Shown: positions 47,861 through 61,083 of the stretch, piece after piece
Layout of the letters: each line of letters begins with the position of its first letter
Numbering within the stretch: the first letter of the stretch is position 1
DNA from: Orbicella franksi
Lineage: Eukaryota
NCBI GenBank assembly: GCA_964199315.1
Contig: OZ116705.1
Location: 24,056,001 to 24,120,000 of the forward strand
Length of the DNA: 64,000 nucleotides
Reading direction: 5' to 3'
The notes under the pieces: model-generated
What the model was told of the DNA's origin: nothing
The model's database searches: none
What the model saw: only the letters and a program-made list of their open reading frames with translations
Program-made: the position numbers and the translations under genes

Positions 47861-49155
47861 GTCGAAAAAAATCCCCTACTCAGCTGGAAGGAACATTGAC
47901 TGAGATTTGTTTCTCATCTCCTGTACACCTACTTATGCATCTTCCATCGCTAGGCAATCCGTGGATACTCCTTGTTGCCATTGTTGATAGGCATGTTTAA
48001 ATAAATTGCCGAGTCACCTGGTTTTTAGATTTCACAACTGCGAGGAACATTTATCAGATATGCTTCTGGCCTCCTGAACTTGTTATTGTTATTACTGAAC
48101 ACATCACCAGATAATCGGCACGTAAAATATATACGCGTTGAGACTTGCACGTATTTGCCATATCACCTGATTCTCTTGTGGCAAGCAAATAATTCAGTGA
48201 GCACTTAGATGACCTGACAAACGGATTAGAATACCTCATAACTTGCTGAGTAACACACACACGAACGTTTGGACACTTCATATCATGCCCTTCTCTTACT
48301 ATTCTGTAGACGGAGTTCTAAGTCGGTGGATCAGCAAGTTGACTGAGACGTCACCAGATGTGCGCCTTTATGAAACGGCCATACCAGGACATGAACGCTC
48401 GTAAGAAAATTTGAATAAAACCCTCACCGCAAACCAATCTGGGCTTTGTTCATGGTTAATATGACGTGTAAAAGATACCACTGTACAGCTGACAGCAAAA
48501 TACCCTCCCCCCTCAAAAAAAAAAAACACACAAAAATAAAACAATTGTAATCAGTATGTTCAGAGACTTTTGAAGATCATTTCACGACTGTAGGACTCGC
48601 TGTTTGCTTTGTATCATGATGCTTCATGTAGCCGGTTACACGACATGTGCTATTCTTTATGCACTTTGAACTTTCCTCGTGTGTTTCCCTTCCACTTACA
48701 TTTACAGAGTGTATGTTCCATCATTGTAAAATTTCTTTCAATAAAACCCCTCACAAATGCACTACCAACAAGCTCAAAGGCCTAGTTTTGAAAAAAAAAA
48801 AAAAAAGAAAAGAAAAAAGAAAAAAAAAAAAAGCTGCACAAACCGCAGACAAAGAGTTCTACTTGTAGTCCTGTTCCCGGGGCTTTACTCAAAAGCCCTG
48901 TTCACTAGTTTGCTGTACTTGTACCAAGATAGAAAAACATTGAAATTAACTGCAGTCAGCAAAAAAAAAAAAAAAAAGAAAAAAAAAAGAAAATCTTAAT
49001 ATGTAACTTTACCACCACAAACTAAATTTTGTTTGATATTTTATTGCATGTATAACTAAATTCAGATACATGTATGTTGTTATACCAAACCAAAATTTGA
49101 CATCCAAGAAAGTCATTTATACTGCATGGTTACATGCTTGGAAAACATTGATAAG

Positions 49156-50952
49156 TTATAAATTTGGTGCAGCCAGTTTGAAGAGGAAATTCTGAACTAA
49201 CATTCTTCCTCGGGGTGGCGAGATCATCTCTTCCCAACTGCAGGAAGAGCGATATTGTGAAATACATTTTGTTATGCGTAAAAGCAATTGTGAATCCATT
49301 TTCTCAGTAAACTGACTTACATTAAGCTGCTTTAAATATCTGCATGATTGGACAACTGTGTTAATGGAAGTCTCGCTAATATTTGAGCAGCCTATCAAAT
49401 CCAAATAAACCAAATTAGGACAATTCATGGCAATAGCAAGCATTGAGGTGCTGGTGATCTGGGCACAGGACTGTGACCCTCTGAATGAAGCATCAAGATA
49501 CTGCAACTCGCGGCAGTTCTGTGCAAGACTGCTAACACCTGTGTCAGTGATTCTATGGCAGCCAGCAATGCTAAGATAGGTTAACCTCGGACAGCTCTTG
49601 CTTATTACTTTCAAAGTTCTATCTGTGATTTTGGTGCAGTAAGACAGATCAACATGGCAAAGACCAAGGAGTGTGTTTTCATCTGAATTAAAATCCAAGT
49701 CATTTACATAAGAGCAAACTTGCATGTCTAGGTGTTCAAGCTTGATGCAGTTTTGCACAATGTCATTGATACTGTCTCTTGTTATACGCAGGCATTCTGA
49801 CATCTCTAAGCTCTTCAGATCGTTGCAAAATGTTGCTACTAGTTTAACAGACACATCCGAAATTCCCAGGCAACCACAGATGTTTAAATGTGTCAATTTA
49901 ACACAGTTTGTTGCAATAGCAGAAATCCCTAAATCTGTGACTCCCTGGCAAGATTTAACATTTAACTGGCATAAATCAAAACAATTTTCAGCAATTCTTT
50001 GCACTGCGACGTCAGTTATGTTCCCTGCAGGTCTAGGCAACTCACAGCCACATACATTCAAGCACTGAAGCATGTTGCAGTGTTCTGCAATGGCTTCTAT
50101 TGACACATCGGTAATACAAGGGCAGCCTTTTGCAATAAGCTGCACTAGGTTTGGACAAACCTGGGCAACAACTGAAATGCCTGCATCGTCTATACCAGGA
50201 CAATAAGAGACGTCTAAAACTTGCAGCTTAGGAGAAGTGTAACACAAATGGCATAACACATCATTGTTCAGTTCCATACAACCAGGCAGTCCTAAGCCGA
50301 GTAAATTAACTGTGCAGGGTCTAGACAAGTCTATTTCTTCTCCAATGATTCCTGCATTGATTAAATGCACCCTTTTCAAGCTTTTGCTCGTCTGTATGGA
50401 GTCCAAAAAATTGTTGGTTAAGTAGAAGTATGTATCATTGACTTCTTCGTCACATTCACGAGATACACAAACAACGATCAGTTCTTGAAGTGCTTTGCAA
50501 GTTCTGATTAAATCCTCTAAAGCCTTGGAAGATACGCTCGCTTTGTACGCCGTGATGCTTAAGTACATGAGCAGGCTGCAATTCCTTGAGATGACTTCCA
50601 ACCCACAATCGCTCAACAAGTTACAGCCTGATAATTCAAGGACTTCCAAATTGGGGCACTTTTTGGCAACAACCTTCACACATTCATCATTCACCCGAGC
50701 ACAGTTCGAGAGATTGACATCCTTCACGTTACTACACCAGGACAACATGCGCCTCAGCACGTCCAGAGACAACTCGTCACAGTTCGGAAAGTGTATCTTC
50801 CTCCACAAGCTGCAATCTTCTGATAGACGACACCATCTCTTGCAAACAAGACGTATTCTAAACAAGTTAAAAATACGCTGCCCGGCTACAAAGGAAAATA
50901 TCTTAAGGACAATAGTCTCCGGCAAGTCTTGGACATGAATGTCAGTTTCCAT
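49156..50952 (-). CDS. F-box/leucine-rich repeat protein (FBXL family, Cys-containing LRRs), intronless, 598 aa
   Basis: F-box LPETIVLKIFSFV...LVCKRWCRLSEDCSLWRKIHF, followed by many LxxLxLSxCxxITD-type repeats. The first ATG is at 50952; the track's 50955 start is a GTG. Confidence 0.92.
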   Translation of the reverse strand: METDIHVQDLPETIVLKIFSFVAGQRIFNLFRIRLVCKRWCRLSEDCSLWRKIHFPNCDELSLDVLRRMLSWCSNVKDVNLSNCARVNDECVKVVAKKCPNLEVLELSGCNLLSDCGLEVISRNCSLLMYLSITAYKASVSSKALEDLIRTCKALQELIVVCVSRECDEEVNDTYFYLTNNFLDSIQTSKSLKRVHLINAGIIGEEIDLSRPCTVNLLGLGLPGCMELNNDVLCHLCYTSPKLQVLDVSYCPGIDDAGISVVAQVCPNLVQLIAKGCPCITDVSIEAIAEHCNMLQCLNVCGCELPRPAGNITDVAVQRIAENCFDLCQLNVKSCQGVTDLGISAIATNCVKLTHLNICGCLGISDVSVKLVATFCNDLKSLEMSECLRITRDSINDIVQNCIKLEHLDMQVCSYVNDLDFNSDENTLLGLCHVDLSYCTKITDRTLKVISKSCPRLTYLSIAGCHRITDTGVSSLAQNCRELQYLDASFRGSQSCAQITSTSMLAIAMNCPNLVYLDLIGCSNISETSINTVVQSCRYLKQLNVSQFTEKMDSQLLLRITKCISQYRSSCSWEEMISPPRGRMLVQNFLFKLAAPNL

Positions 50953-51002
50953 CACGCCGAAATAGTCGTTTTATACGGTTGCTGTACTTGGCATATTAAA
51001 TA

Positions 51003-51015
51003 TCCGCCATTTTGT
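51003..51015 (-). promoter_or_regulatory. YY1-like motif near the FBXL start
   Basis: Plus-strand tccgccattttg equals minus-strand CAAAATGGCGGA, about 55 nt upstream of the ATG. Confidence 0.4.
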
Positions 51016-51714
51016 TTCGCAAAAACAAGAAAGGCCTGGAACTGAACCCAGTTCTCCACTAAATATTACGAACGTGTGGTTTGTAGAACACTGGGTGAAA
51101 GCTTACTCCCTAGCCAAGACAAATAGTAAATATTGCGAGTTACTATTGGTTCAGCCATGAGACAAGAAACGCCAAACAATAGTTTTACCTTTGATCGAAC
51201 CAGTTTTGCTGAGCTTCAGTCGCGAAGAAAATTAAAAAAAAAAAAAATTTCTTCTCTCTGAGCTTTCCTAAAAAAGCCAGGCGATTGAGAGGGCTTATTT
51301 TAAAATAAAAATATGGTAAACTGAACCAAGATCAAAAGGGGAATTTTCATTGGCTGTCTAAGCGGTCCGAATTTCGCAAAACGGACCGCAAAGATGGACC
51401 TCTAGCGAATTGGTATCGACCAACTGCTTTTTCAAAACATCGCACTAAAATGAAAATAGTCCAGTTGTTAGGTGTAGAAACCTTTTTCCCGTTCAAATTT
51501 GTTGCAAAATATGGATTTAACTTGCACGAAAGTGACCTAAAAAAACGTCGATAATGCTTAATTTTAACAAAACAACAGCAACAACAACAATAACAACCGT
51601 GAACATTGCCAAAAACAAAATCGGCTTGCAGTTACAACTAGTGTCAGACAAGCCGAAAAATCGGAGACTTTCTGAAACCCAGGGAACAAGAAACGAAAAA
51701 TCGCCAGCGAACAA

Positions 51715-52005
51715 TGCGTTGTGTACCATTTTAAATGTGGTCTCAGTGTGATATGGACTGTATGTTGGATACACGAACTGAAACTTACATCAACGTATCG
51801 CTGAACACAGAACCCTGAATTTGTCAATTGGAAAGCACATGTTTAACACGCACAGGATCTCAAAAGTGGTTTTAATTAACAAATTTTCAGTATTGAAAAA
51901 ATGCCGCAACTAATTCGATTGTCTTATCTGCGAAATGTTAGTTAGTCAAGACCTCAAACCAACTCTAAACGTGCAAACTGACTCTATCCGCACGAAACTA
52001 TATAT
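51715..52005 (+). mobile_element. Penelope-like element remnant (GIY-YIG endonuclease)
   Basis: With frameshifts it reads CVVYHFKC...YVGYT..LHQRIAEH...IGKHM...KFSVLKKCRN*FDCLICEML...LKPTLNVQTDSIR.KL. Confidence 0.75.
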
Positions 52006-53155
52006 ATACGTGAGATAACAAGCAAATGTCTAGTATTCTAGTTCCACTAATTTATATTCACACCGTGATGAAACTGTCATTTTTACCTTGATAAAAACGT
52101 CCGACAACGTACCATAATTTTATTATTTCTGTTGAAGCTTTTCAGTAAACTACTAATCAAACAATTATCTACTGAACAATTTCTGCGGGCCATGCAAACA
52201 GTCTGAAATATATCAGTTTGCAAAAGTGACACGAGATCGATTCACGCAGCCATAATTCCAGTGAGTTTCTCCGGCATACAAATTAATCTGAAGAATCTAC
52301 TACTACTAGAATCTAAAGTTTTGTCTTGAAAAAGTGAATAGCGTGTTTTGTACAGACCACATGTCGAATTCTCATGCAAATGTTTCGTTTCCAGTTATAT
52401 TCGCCCTTCTTTCAAAATCACGGAAAAGAACTTTCACAAATTATTTAAGTTGGCTACCGTCGCGAGGAGATTTTTATTTTCTCGCGCGGGGACACGTGGA
52501 GTAGCGCGTGCGCGTTTTTATCGCGCGTTGATCAACGTTTTGTGATTCCCGTAGCCAGCTGTCAATTCGAAAGCATCTAAGGTGTTTGCTAAAAAAATAA
52601 TGTTCTCTTTTGTGCAAACAAGTACAATACAAGATTTAGACAATAGAATTTTGTAATGTCTTCATCACACATGCTTTGTGTTTTCTCAAATTTATTCATC
52701 GTTTAGTCAGGATTTAAGAGAATTTAATCCAAACAAAAGTAGAAACAATCAAAAACCTTTAAACGCAGCGGCTGGCGGAAAAATATTTCGTTTAAAGGAG
52801 TATATGAAGATAAACGAGTTTTTAATGTTGTATACTCCACAGTGACATATCACGAATTTTACAAGCGATTAACAAAACAAACAACTGGTGAACTATTATA
52901 ATTATGTGGTCACCTATAGATGTGGAAGGTATAATTAACTCTAACAGAATTAGAACGCTATGGCGGTTGTTTTAATTACATCTTTAGTGACGTAGATTTC
53001 TTAAGTAAACCAATTTGCATCACAACGAATTAGTTGCCGGTTTTTTGACAATTCGCTTGACAGCGTTTTTCGACAAACTGTTCACTTGGCTTAAGATGCT
53101 TGTTGCATTTCTGCGAAGTTAAATCGGCGAACATGTAGGTTCGTACAGGTTTGGG

Positions 53156-56100
53156 ATGGGTTGTAGCGGGTCCGCCCCTATTCAAAAATTCAACGCTGAA
53201 GAAAATGAAGCGGGAAACCTCTCAAAAGAAAACAGCGTGAAAGAAATCGCAGATCAACCGTGGCAGGAAAAACCCGATGGGATCGAAACGACAGCAAATT
53301 CACTGCAGGACACGAATCCAACAGAAGGAAATCAACTAGGGCCAGACAAGGAAATAAACAACCTCAAGCGATCGAGACCGCAACGGGACGGGCAACAAAT
53401 TATCGATAACGCCTGGAGTATATCGAAAGTTAAAAACAATGTGAAAAACCTTGAAAGTTCGCAATCAAGACCTAAGCCAGAAGGACTGGTTGATTTGGAG
53501 AGCGAATATGGAAAAGACGGTGTTGACTTGGCTTCAAGTCACGTCTACGGAGACCATCAAGATAAAGAGAAATTGATAAACCACTCGTTGGGCGCCCGTA
53601 TGTCCCCCGATGGAACTTATTCTGTTGATAACAGTGAACGAATGAGCAAGCGACGGAGTATTCACAAGGTAAACACCATGCTGATAAACTAACAGCGATT
53701 CTTGTAACACTGTCGGTAGGTAAATAACAGGCTTATTTAACCTGTATGTAGATGCATATGATATATGGTTTTCCAGAGATCGCCTTGGGGCAGGCAAAAT
53801 AATTTTAATTACATTTAAAATTCACATGAGGTTTTGTTTAAAATTTTATTATTTTTGTTTTGTTTTGCAGGAAGATACGGACGAGGTGTTCGACCCATCT
53901 GCTTTAATAGACATTGAGAAATTCAGAGCTGTAAATGCCCCTACAAAACAGGTGGGTTATTATAGAAATGTATTTACCTTAGTTGCTTTCTCTTAAGAAA
54001 TTCACTGAACTGAACTTTTTCGGATTTTGTGAGCTCAAATGGGCGTAACTTGAATCTATATAACCTATATTTGTTTATCCCATTTTAACAATAATATTTT
54101 TTCTTGTATGAAAATTTGCGAGGCATATGGCGCTAGTAGCCTCGACATAACTAAATGATTAGCACAAACTGTAACTTCGTGAATATTATACATGTATTTG
54201 TTCAACAGTTGAACAGCGGTTTACTGAGAAACTTCAATAGAAATGATAAAACTACAGTTGTCCGACGTTTCGATGTTGCTAGCATCTTTATCAAGGTAAA
54301 AATGACAGTTTTATCGCGGTGTGAATATAAATTAGTGGAACTAGTATAATAGCCGAGATATTGTTACCTTAGTAATGATGTAAGCAACATCGAAACGTCG
54401 GACAACAACAGTTGAACAGTTGATGGTATGCGTACAACTAAGATAACAGCGAAAAAACCCTGTTCTTCTGCATAGTTGGATTTGCTGTGGCATGGATAGC
54501 TTTAAAGAATGTTAAATCAATCTGCAACAATTCTTTAATTTCTTTCAGATATCAACTTCAAACAGCGATTCAGGTAAGAGTTTTCTCTATCGTTTGTACG
54601 TGCCGGCTATGAAATACCACCTGGCATGATCTTAAGCGAAATTTGCAACAACAAAAAAAAAACAACAAAAAAAAAATGGCTGCGATGGGCATCACTGATA
54701 CATCGGAAAACGTTAATTTGCAAATTCATGTTATCCTTCGTATACACAATGAATAAATTTAATCTCCGTTCATCAGCATTTGAAGCTATTACTATTTTGA
54801 AAAGTTTGCCTAAATGATTTCAGATATAAACAAACATGCAATATTATATCGCCACATCAGTTTAGGCTAAGATCATACATTAATTTAAAAGAACACTGTG
54901 ATACTGAAAAAAAAAAAAAAAAACAGATCGAGATTTTAATAAAAGAAAAAGAAACAATTTTTCGTGTGTTACTTAAAATTCAATTATGAAGTAGGAACCA
55001 TAGTCGATAGGAACTTAATGGAAATATAAATTAAAATATGTTTTTGAGTATACATTTCAACTGTGACGCATGCAACTTGATAAAGCTTTACTTTTCAATA
55101 GTTACTCTCAGTAGTATGCAGTAAAAGTTTTTTCATTTTTTCCCCTTTTTCAGGCCAAAAATAACACGCTAGCTTGAATCGATAGTAAATGAACACAATG
55201 ATTAAATATTGCTGCACAAAACAATCAAACAACCAAGAATAAACAACAAAAAAATCTAATCAGGCACACTTTAAAAGAGGAAAGCAATGAAGTAACAGGT
55301 GGTACCTACACAGAACATGATTCGGATAAAACTTTTCATCGGGTTGATATAAATTCGTTTGTCATTGTGTATCGATAATATTAGTGGCGGTGTGTCTTAG
55401 TGCAAAAGAAAATCCCCCTGCGAAAACGACATTTGGGAAAATGAAAGCTCTATCTGTAAAACAATGATGACAGTAAAGACATATATTCTAGGAGACAAAT
55501 ATTCTAGCAGAATTCAATCATGGTCCGCGTCACGGATGCCTTGCTTATGGGATAATCTGAAGCTGGCATGCAGCCACACTCTATTTGACGCTTGGCCGTG
55601 GGAGATCTGGGCTTGAGATTAGCTAACATGTATATATGTGTACGTAGAAGTGAGGTGTCGTGCGCAGAGACTTAGAAATAACCACTTGTGATATATAGTA
55701 AAAATTATAGAGGTAAAGAATGACATTTACAGGCACATGGTAAAAATTGCCTCCACTGTGAATTGTCATAGTGAGAGCAAGAAATATCCACCTCAAACGT
55801 TTGAGCCGGCTCTATGCTGCAAATGAAATGTACCCTAGAAAATACACGAAATTTTTGTGTCATGAAATTTCTTACTTTTTTTGTTGTCTCAAGAAGAGAA
55901 AGCGGCTCTGGTTTAGAAAAAGGGAAACGATATACCGATGAGGTTTTATTTTGGGTTTTCGGAATTCGATATTTATTTCGGTAAAAACTTAAAGAGATAG
56001 AGGAGTTTTGGGGTTAAACACTAATGGAATATGGGATATTTTGATCAGATAAAACGGGATATCACGCAGTATGAAAATAGTTAACTTTTGCAAATGAAAA

Positions 56101-57634
56101 AGACACAGGAAATCTAGGCCAAAACCTAACATCGGATGTGGGTTCTCACCCCTGATGGGGTCCTCACAAATCACCGTTCCGAATTCGCGAAGATCGAGAG
56201 TGGCGATATTAAAGATCTTTATTCCACAACCACGAAATTAAGTTGCCGTCGACGAAAATTTCGTTTGATAATTTTAATGGTAAACTACTTTGCAAATGGT
56301 CTCATAGTAAGTTACAGTACATGCAAGGATTACGTGTGATGTTGTTTCGATAAATTATGACATAAGGTGGTTTCATTTTCAGGAAAACCAAACGTCGGAA
56401 CAGACAAAAACGACAATGAGCGAGAGGTCACAGCGGATACTATCGAGTAAGAAAAGAAAAACTGTGTAACTAAGTGTAGTGTTTTTCCACGTATGTAAAC
56501 TTAGTTTAGGATTGAGTGAAAAATTATATTGCAGCTCCATATAATTTCAAAGCCGTAGCCAGCCGAGGTACCTGCCTCAGTCACTTGTTTGTTTTTCTCG
56601 CATTCGATTGGCTGAAACACGTCACGTGATGCAAGCATATCTGCAACAGTATAGGCACCTTAGAGTTTTTATACCGGATGTGTCCATATTATACATACAG
56701 AACGCTTCGAGCTCTTGTAAATCATCTGAATCTCAAAATAATTGAAACATTGAGTCAAGTGGATGTCTGAAATCTACATGTGTAACATTGGAGGGAATTG
56801 CTTACACGGCCCCCAAGAGTTCGAACTGAAATTAAAGGAACGTAAGCAAATAATCAATTGAGGGCCCGATATGTCGCATCTCTGACAAAGAATTTGGTTG
56901 ATCAGCTTTTATTACTTCGATATCAATTTTCCCGATGTTTCTAAAACATGCGTAGCTTTCCGCTCAGTTTGTGTCATCTACGACGGATATCTTCACATCA
57001 TTCCTTAGGCCCCGGCCGTCCACTCTAGGCCGAAGAAAGTTGAAAACGCAGCTTTATTTCCACGGCTTGGCCTACCGTCCACACTAATCCGTCACGAAAA
57101 CGGAGCTTTTCGAAAACGCTCTTCAAACCGGAGGAATTTGAAAACGCCGGCTTTGCGTTTTAATGTGAACGGAAAACGTGCTGAAAACGGAGCTTTTCAA
57201 AAACGATTACGTCACCCTAACAATGTGATTTAGCTTGATTTCACTGCCCGAGTTTTCTCAAACACATATCGATATGATCCAAAATGACCGGTGATTGTTG
57301 CGTTTTCAGATTTCTCCAGCGTAGTGTGGATGGAAAACATTAAATGCCGTTTCAGAATGAAAACATTGTTTTCAAATATCTCCTGCCTAGTGTAAACGGG
57401 GCCTATTGAGTAAGAAACTCATTTCTGCTTTAGTCTTTTCAGTCTGAGTTTCTCCAATGCTCTTTTTTTTTAATTACTTACCTTTCACACAGACATAAAG
57501 AGGCCGAGATCGTCGTGATAAAGCCACCAAACTACAGCGAAATGTATGATGATGATGAAAAGCAATTAATTGCAAGCATCGAGAACGATTTCAAAAACAT
57601 TTCACCTATCGCGCTTCCGGGATCTGTGATGTGA
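53156..57634 (+). CDS. Uncharacterised 274-aa largely disordered protein with N-terminal MGCSGS acylation motif
   Basis: Exons 53156-53668, 53871-53951, 54549-54573, 56383-56446 and 57493-57634 join in frame (825 nt) and end ...YSEMYDDDEKQLIASIENDFKNISPIALPGSVM*. Gly2/Cys3/Ser6 fit N-myristoylation plus S-palmitoylation. Confidence 0.8.
54250..54410. mobile_element. Inverted pair of Penelope-type terminal repeats with degenerate hammerhead-like motif
   Basis: A perfect 23-bp inverted repeat GCAACATCGAAACGTCGGACAAC (54257-54279 minus, 54384-54406 plus). Each copy has a GATG-loop-CATC stem followed by GAAAC. Confidence 0.5.
57008..57403. mobile_element. Non-autonomous Harbinger-like MITE
   Basis: tta|GGCCCCG...gtccac... 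at the left and ...tagtgtaaaCGGGGCC|ta at the right, with many internal GAAAACG motifs. Confidence 0.7.
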
Positions 57635-59101
57635 CGTAACGCTATGTGCCAGACATACGGAGCCAGGTAATAACATACTTTTCAGAGAGGGCCTTGGAGC
57701 ATCAGTTCTTCGATCACTCTCAGCCCGAAGTTTCTTCAGCTCCTCCAACCCTTGTTGCGAAGCCGAAGAAATTGTGGGCTCAAGATTGTGTCATGTTGTC
57801 TTTCATCTCTTCATGTAAATCGAAGACCTTTGGAAGGATCTGGCGTCGGGGGTGGGGCGCTTGGGGTGGGGCCTAAGTGGAGGGAATCTCATGTTGATTG
57901 GGCGTCCCGTTATAGGGTGAAAATCGCGAACTTTGGTCTCACTTGATCTCGAGTCCGTGTTCAGGATAGAACGTTAAAATGTATTTTTTTGTTTTGTTTT
58001 GTTTTCACCTATTAAGGTGTCTTTAGGAGTTGAAGGCGAGTTTCAGGTCTTAATTGAGCGTCAGTCACACCCAGTTGGGTCTCCTTTTACATGCTAGATT
58101 TATTGATGTAAAGTAAGTGTAAAGTAACGCTTTTACACTTTTTCTCACCTTTCTTCAACCCATGGGTTTCTTCTAATCATTTCAAGCGGGAATTGTCTGC
58201 TTTCGTTACCACTTCTAAGTAAATCCTTTAACTCGTATAAGTGTGCATTGGACGTATTAGCCCAATGAACATCTTTATATTTTTCAGCAGTGAAATCTAC
58301 TGAGAGAAGCAGAGACAGAACCACTCGATGGGACTCGAAGATGCCACCATTGTCACAGACTAAATTTTAAGTTTGTTAATGAACAATCTTAATTTCAAGT
58401 TCTCGTATCAAGTCGTCAAGACAATACAATTCCATTTAACAGGTTGAAAACGAGTTATTCTTCACTAAATGCTCATTCTACAGTCGCAAAATATACAGCA
58501 TTTGGAAGAATGTTTGATTAAACACATAAAGGGATGGAACATCAAGTGGAAAATTTAGGTGGGGGAGGGAATTACCACTTATACATGTAAGTGAAAACAT
58601 AGAGGGACCATCCAGAAAGTTTTGAATACATCCAGCTCCCAGCCCAGTTGGGACGTGTGTAGTGATTCTGTATTACATTCAACTGAAAATGTACTATACT
58701 GGAATTTTATCTTTCTTAACATTGTTGCAACTATCATTGAACATTTGAGCCTCTGAGAATGTGTAAGCAGAACTTGTTAAGTGTGCAATGGTGAGCATAT
58801 TGAGAGGAAGTAAAAAAGTAAAAAGATAATTTTAAAGATGTTAAGGCGAGATTTCAATAAACAGAAACTGAAAATGCCAGGCTTCTGTCTTGATCACTAA
58901 TGACCATATTAAAAATGCATATTGTTATATATTTACGATGTAGGTAGAGAGTTTCATGAAAGAATGAAGGCTTTCAAAATCAACAAACATTAAGTTGCAT
59001 GCGGGACTGAAAACAGGTCATATAATGGACCTTAGCCAGCTCTGAATAATTTGTCATTGTAAATTATTAAAGATTGAAATAAGATTCGAATGCTCTAAGT
59101 A

Positions 59102-61083
59102 TCAAGAAATCTTTAGCAACTTTAATGCGTTCTTCAAAATCTGTTTTTCTTGGATTCTTAATTGTAAAGCTAACTCCATATTCAAGGACAGTTGACCATG
59201 AAATGGCAAACAGGCATTATCACTCAAGTTGTCAGCTTCCTTGTACAATTCTAAAACTCTTCGAATCAATTGCTGCCTCCATCGTAAAACTGTTCGTTCG
59301 ATTCCTTCATGTAGATGTTCTCCAGTGAGTGTTCTCTGCCAGTGTTTCCTAAATTCTTCTTCATTCATTGCAAGAATTCTAAGCAAGGTGAACACACTCC
59401 ATGACAGGCCATTCTCCTCGGAACAACACAAGTCTTTTTCCAGTTGATTAGCTGCAATTATTTCCCTCTTCTTTCTGGAAACACCACTTATCTCTGGCAT
59501 GACAACTGAGTAAACTAGATCCTGAGAGAAGGTAACAGCATTGTGCAAGTTCTTCGGTAAAATGAAACCATATTCTATCAGCAGTTTTCTGTTGTCATGA
59601 GGGCCATAGCTGATGAAAACTTGTTTGCCTTTCTTGTATTCTGTTAAAGTGTGTATTTCATACCTATTGTTTCTTTGGTTGAATCCAGCTCTGACCTACA
59701 TTATAGAAAATGAGAGAAAAAAAAAAAAAAAAGAAATACAAAATATATATTAATAAATGAAATTGTGAATTCCATTTTTATTGTATCACATGAAGGTGTA
59801 GTGGCCTCATAGTTAGTATGCTTGCCACTGGATCAAGGAGTCTGGGTTCAAGACCTGGCTGGGGACATTGTGTTGGGTTCTTGGGCAAGACACTTTACTC
59901 TCACAGTCCCTCTCTCCACCCAGGTGTATAAATGGGTACCGGCTAATTTAATGATGGGCGATAACCCTGTGATGGACTAGCATCCCATCAAAGGGGGAGT
60001 AGAGCTAATACTACTAGTCACATAAGCTACTGAAACTGGAAATAAGAGCCAGCGTGATGGGCCATTTGGCAAATGACCAAAGGAAAATATAAGGCTCAAC
60101 TGTTCTTCAACTTAGTCAACTCGAGGAATCCCTATTCTTTTATATACCTCGAGACTATAAAAAAAGAGAGAGTTCTTTCTTACTGGGGTCTCCCTGTCTG
60201 TCATAGGGAATACCAATCCAATAACACATCTCACGTTTTGCCCTTGCAGATCAACAAAACCAATTTGCCTTAATAATTCTCACTTAATAAACTATCATGC
60301 TCTACCTCTTAAAATATCAAAAGTTCTCCTGATATATACCTCTGCTGTGTCAGTATGATTCAGCAAATCAAGCACTGGGGCAAGTGCATAAGCATTCTCT
60401 GTCTCTAATGTTCCCATGGCAACTGTTGATGTCACTACATGTACATGTACCTGGCCAGCTTTATACACGGACCTTGTGTTCACAACAAACCAAGCCCATC
60501 TGAACTCATCAAATGTCAGGTTGTCTAGAAATGTTTTCTCCAGTATACCGGTGGAGCTTTCAAGCAATCTTTTAAGCTCTTCATAAGATTCATGTACAGT
60601 ATTGATCTGGGTTATGCACTGTTCGTGTAAACTTGAAGGCAAAGCGTTAAGTTCTTCCTCATTGAAAAAAGCTGGAGTATTAAAAGACCTAGGCAGTGCA
60701 CTGATATAAGGATGCCAAAATGAGCTTTTTCCTCGATGCTTTTCATATAAAATAAAAACGCATAGCATCAGCAAAGGTTTGAGTGATAGTTTTGCCAACT
60801 GCTTTCCAATGTCACTCTGTCTTACTGTTTTTGCAGTGATCAACATTTCTTCTGGTACAGAAATCACTAAATCACCACTGCTAAGCTTCCTGCAAGTCAT
60901 CAAGCCTCTTCCTGTTGCTGGAAAATAGGCTGGCCGAAGTTTACCAAGAGAAATTCCGTTTCTTTTTGCCCATTTCAGAAGCGTGATACACTCGGCTTCA
61001 TTGACTGTTCTACCATGTTCGCTGCAACAGATGCCGTTTCTCTTACGCTTACGTCTCCTACCCGTTCTACCTGATTTTGCCAT
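59102..61083 (-). CDS. SETD4: SET domain-containing protein 4 (lysine methyltransferase), 2 exons, about 445 aa
   Basis: Exons 60340-61083 and 59102-59695 (phase 0). Motifs FPATGRGLM, WHPYISALP, WAWFVVNTRSVY, ALAPVLDLLNH|VRAGFN...QVFISYGPHDNRKLLIEYGF, and N-terminal GRTGRRRKRK as in SETD4. Confidence 0.92.
59794..60072 (+). mobile_element. Full-length Deu/Nin-domain tRNA SINE in the SETD4 intron
   Basis: A/B boxes (gtggcctcatagttag, gggttcaagacc), then gggcaagacactttactctcacagt...ccacccaggtgtataaatgggtaccgg...gatggactagcatcccatc. Confidence 0.85.

Noticed and set aside
48791-48993. Poly(A) tail of an FBXL retrocopy
   Set aside because: The runs are on the wrong strand for the minus-strand gene.
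49724-50938. Plus-strand ORFs of 114 and 147 aa
   Set aside because: Antisense to the F-box/LRR CDS, with no independent features.
55154-55164. Alternative terminal exon (GQK*) of the MGC gene
   Set aside because: The acceptor is strong, but the downstream exons give a longer coherent ORF; unsupported without RNA data.
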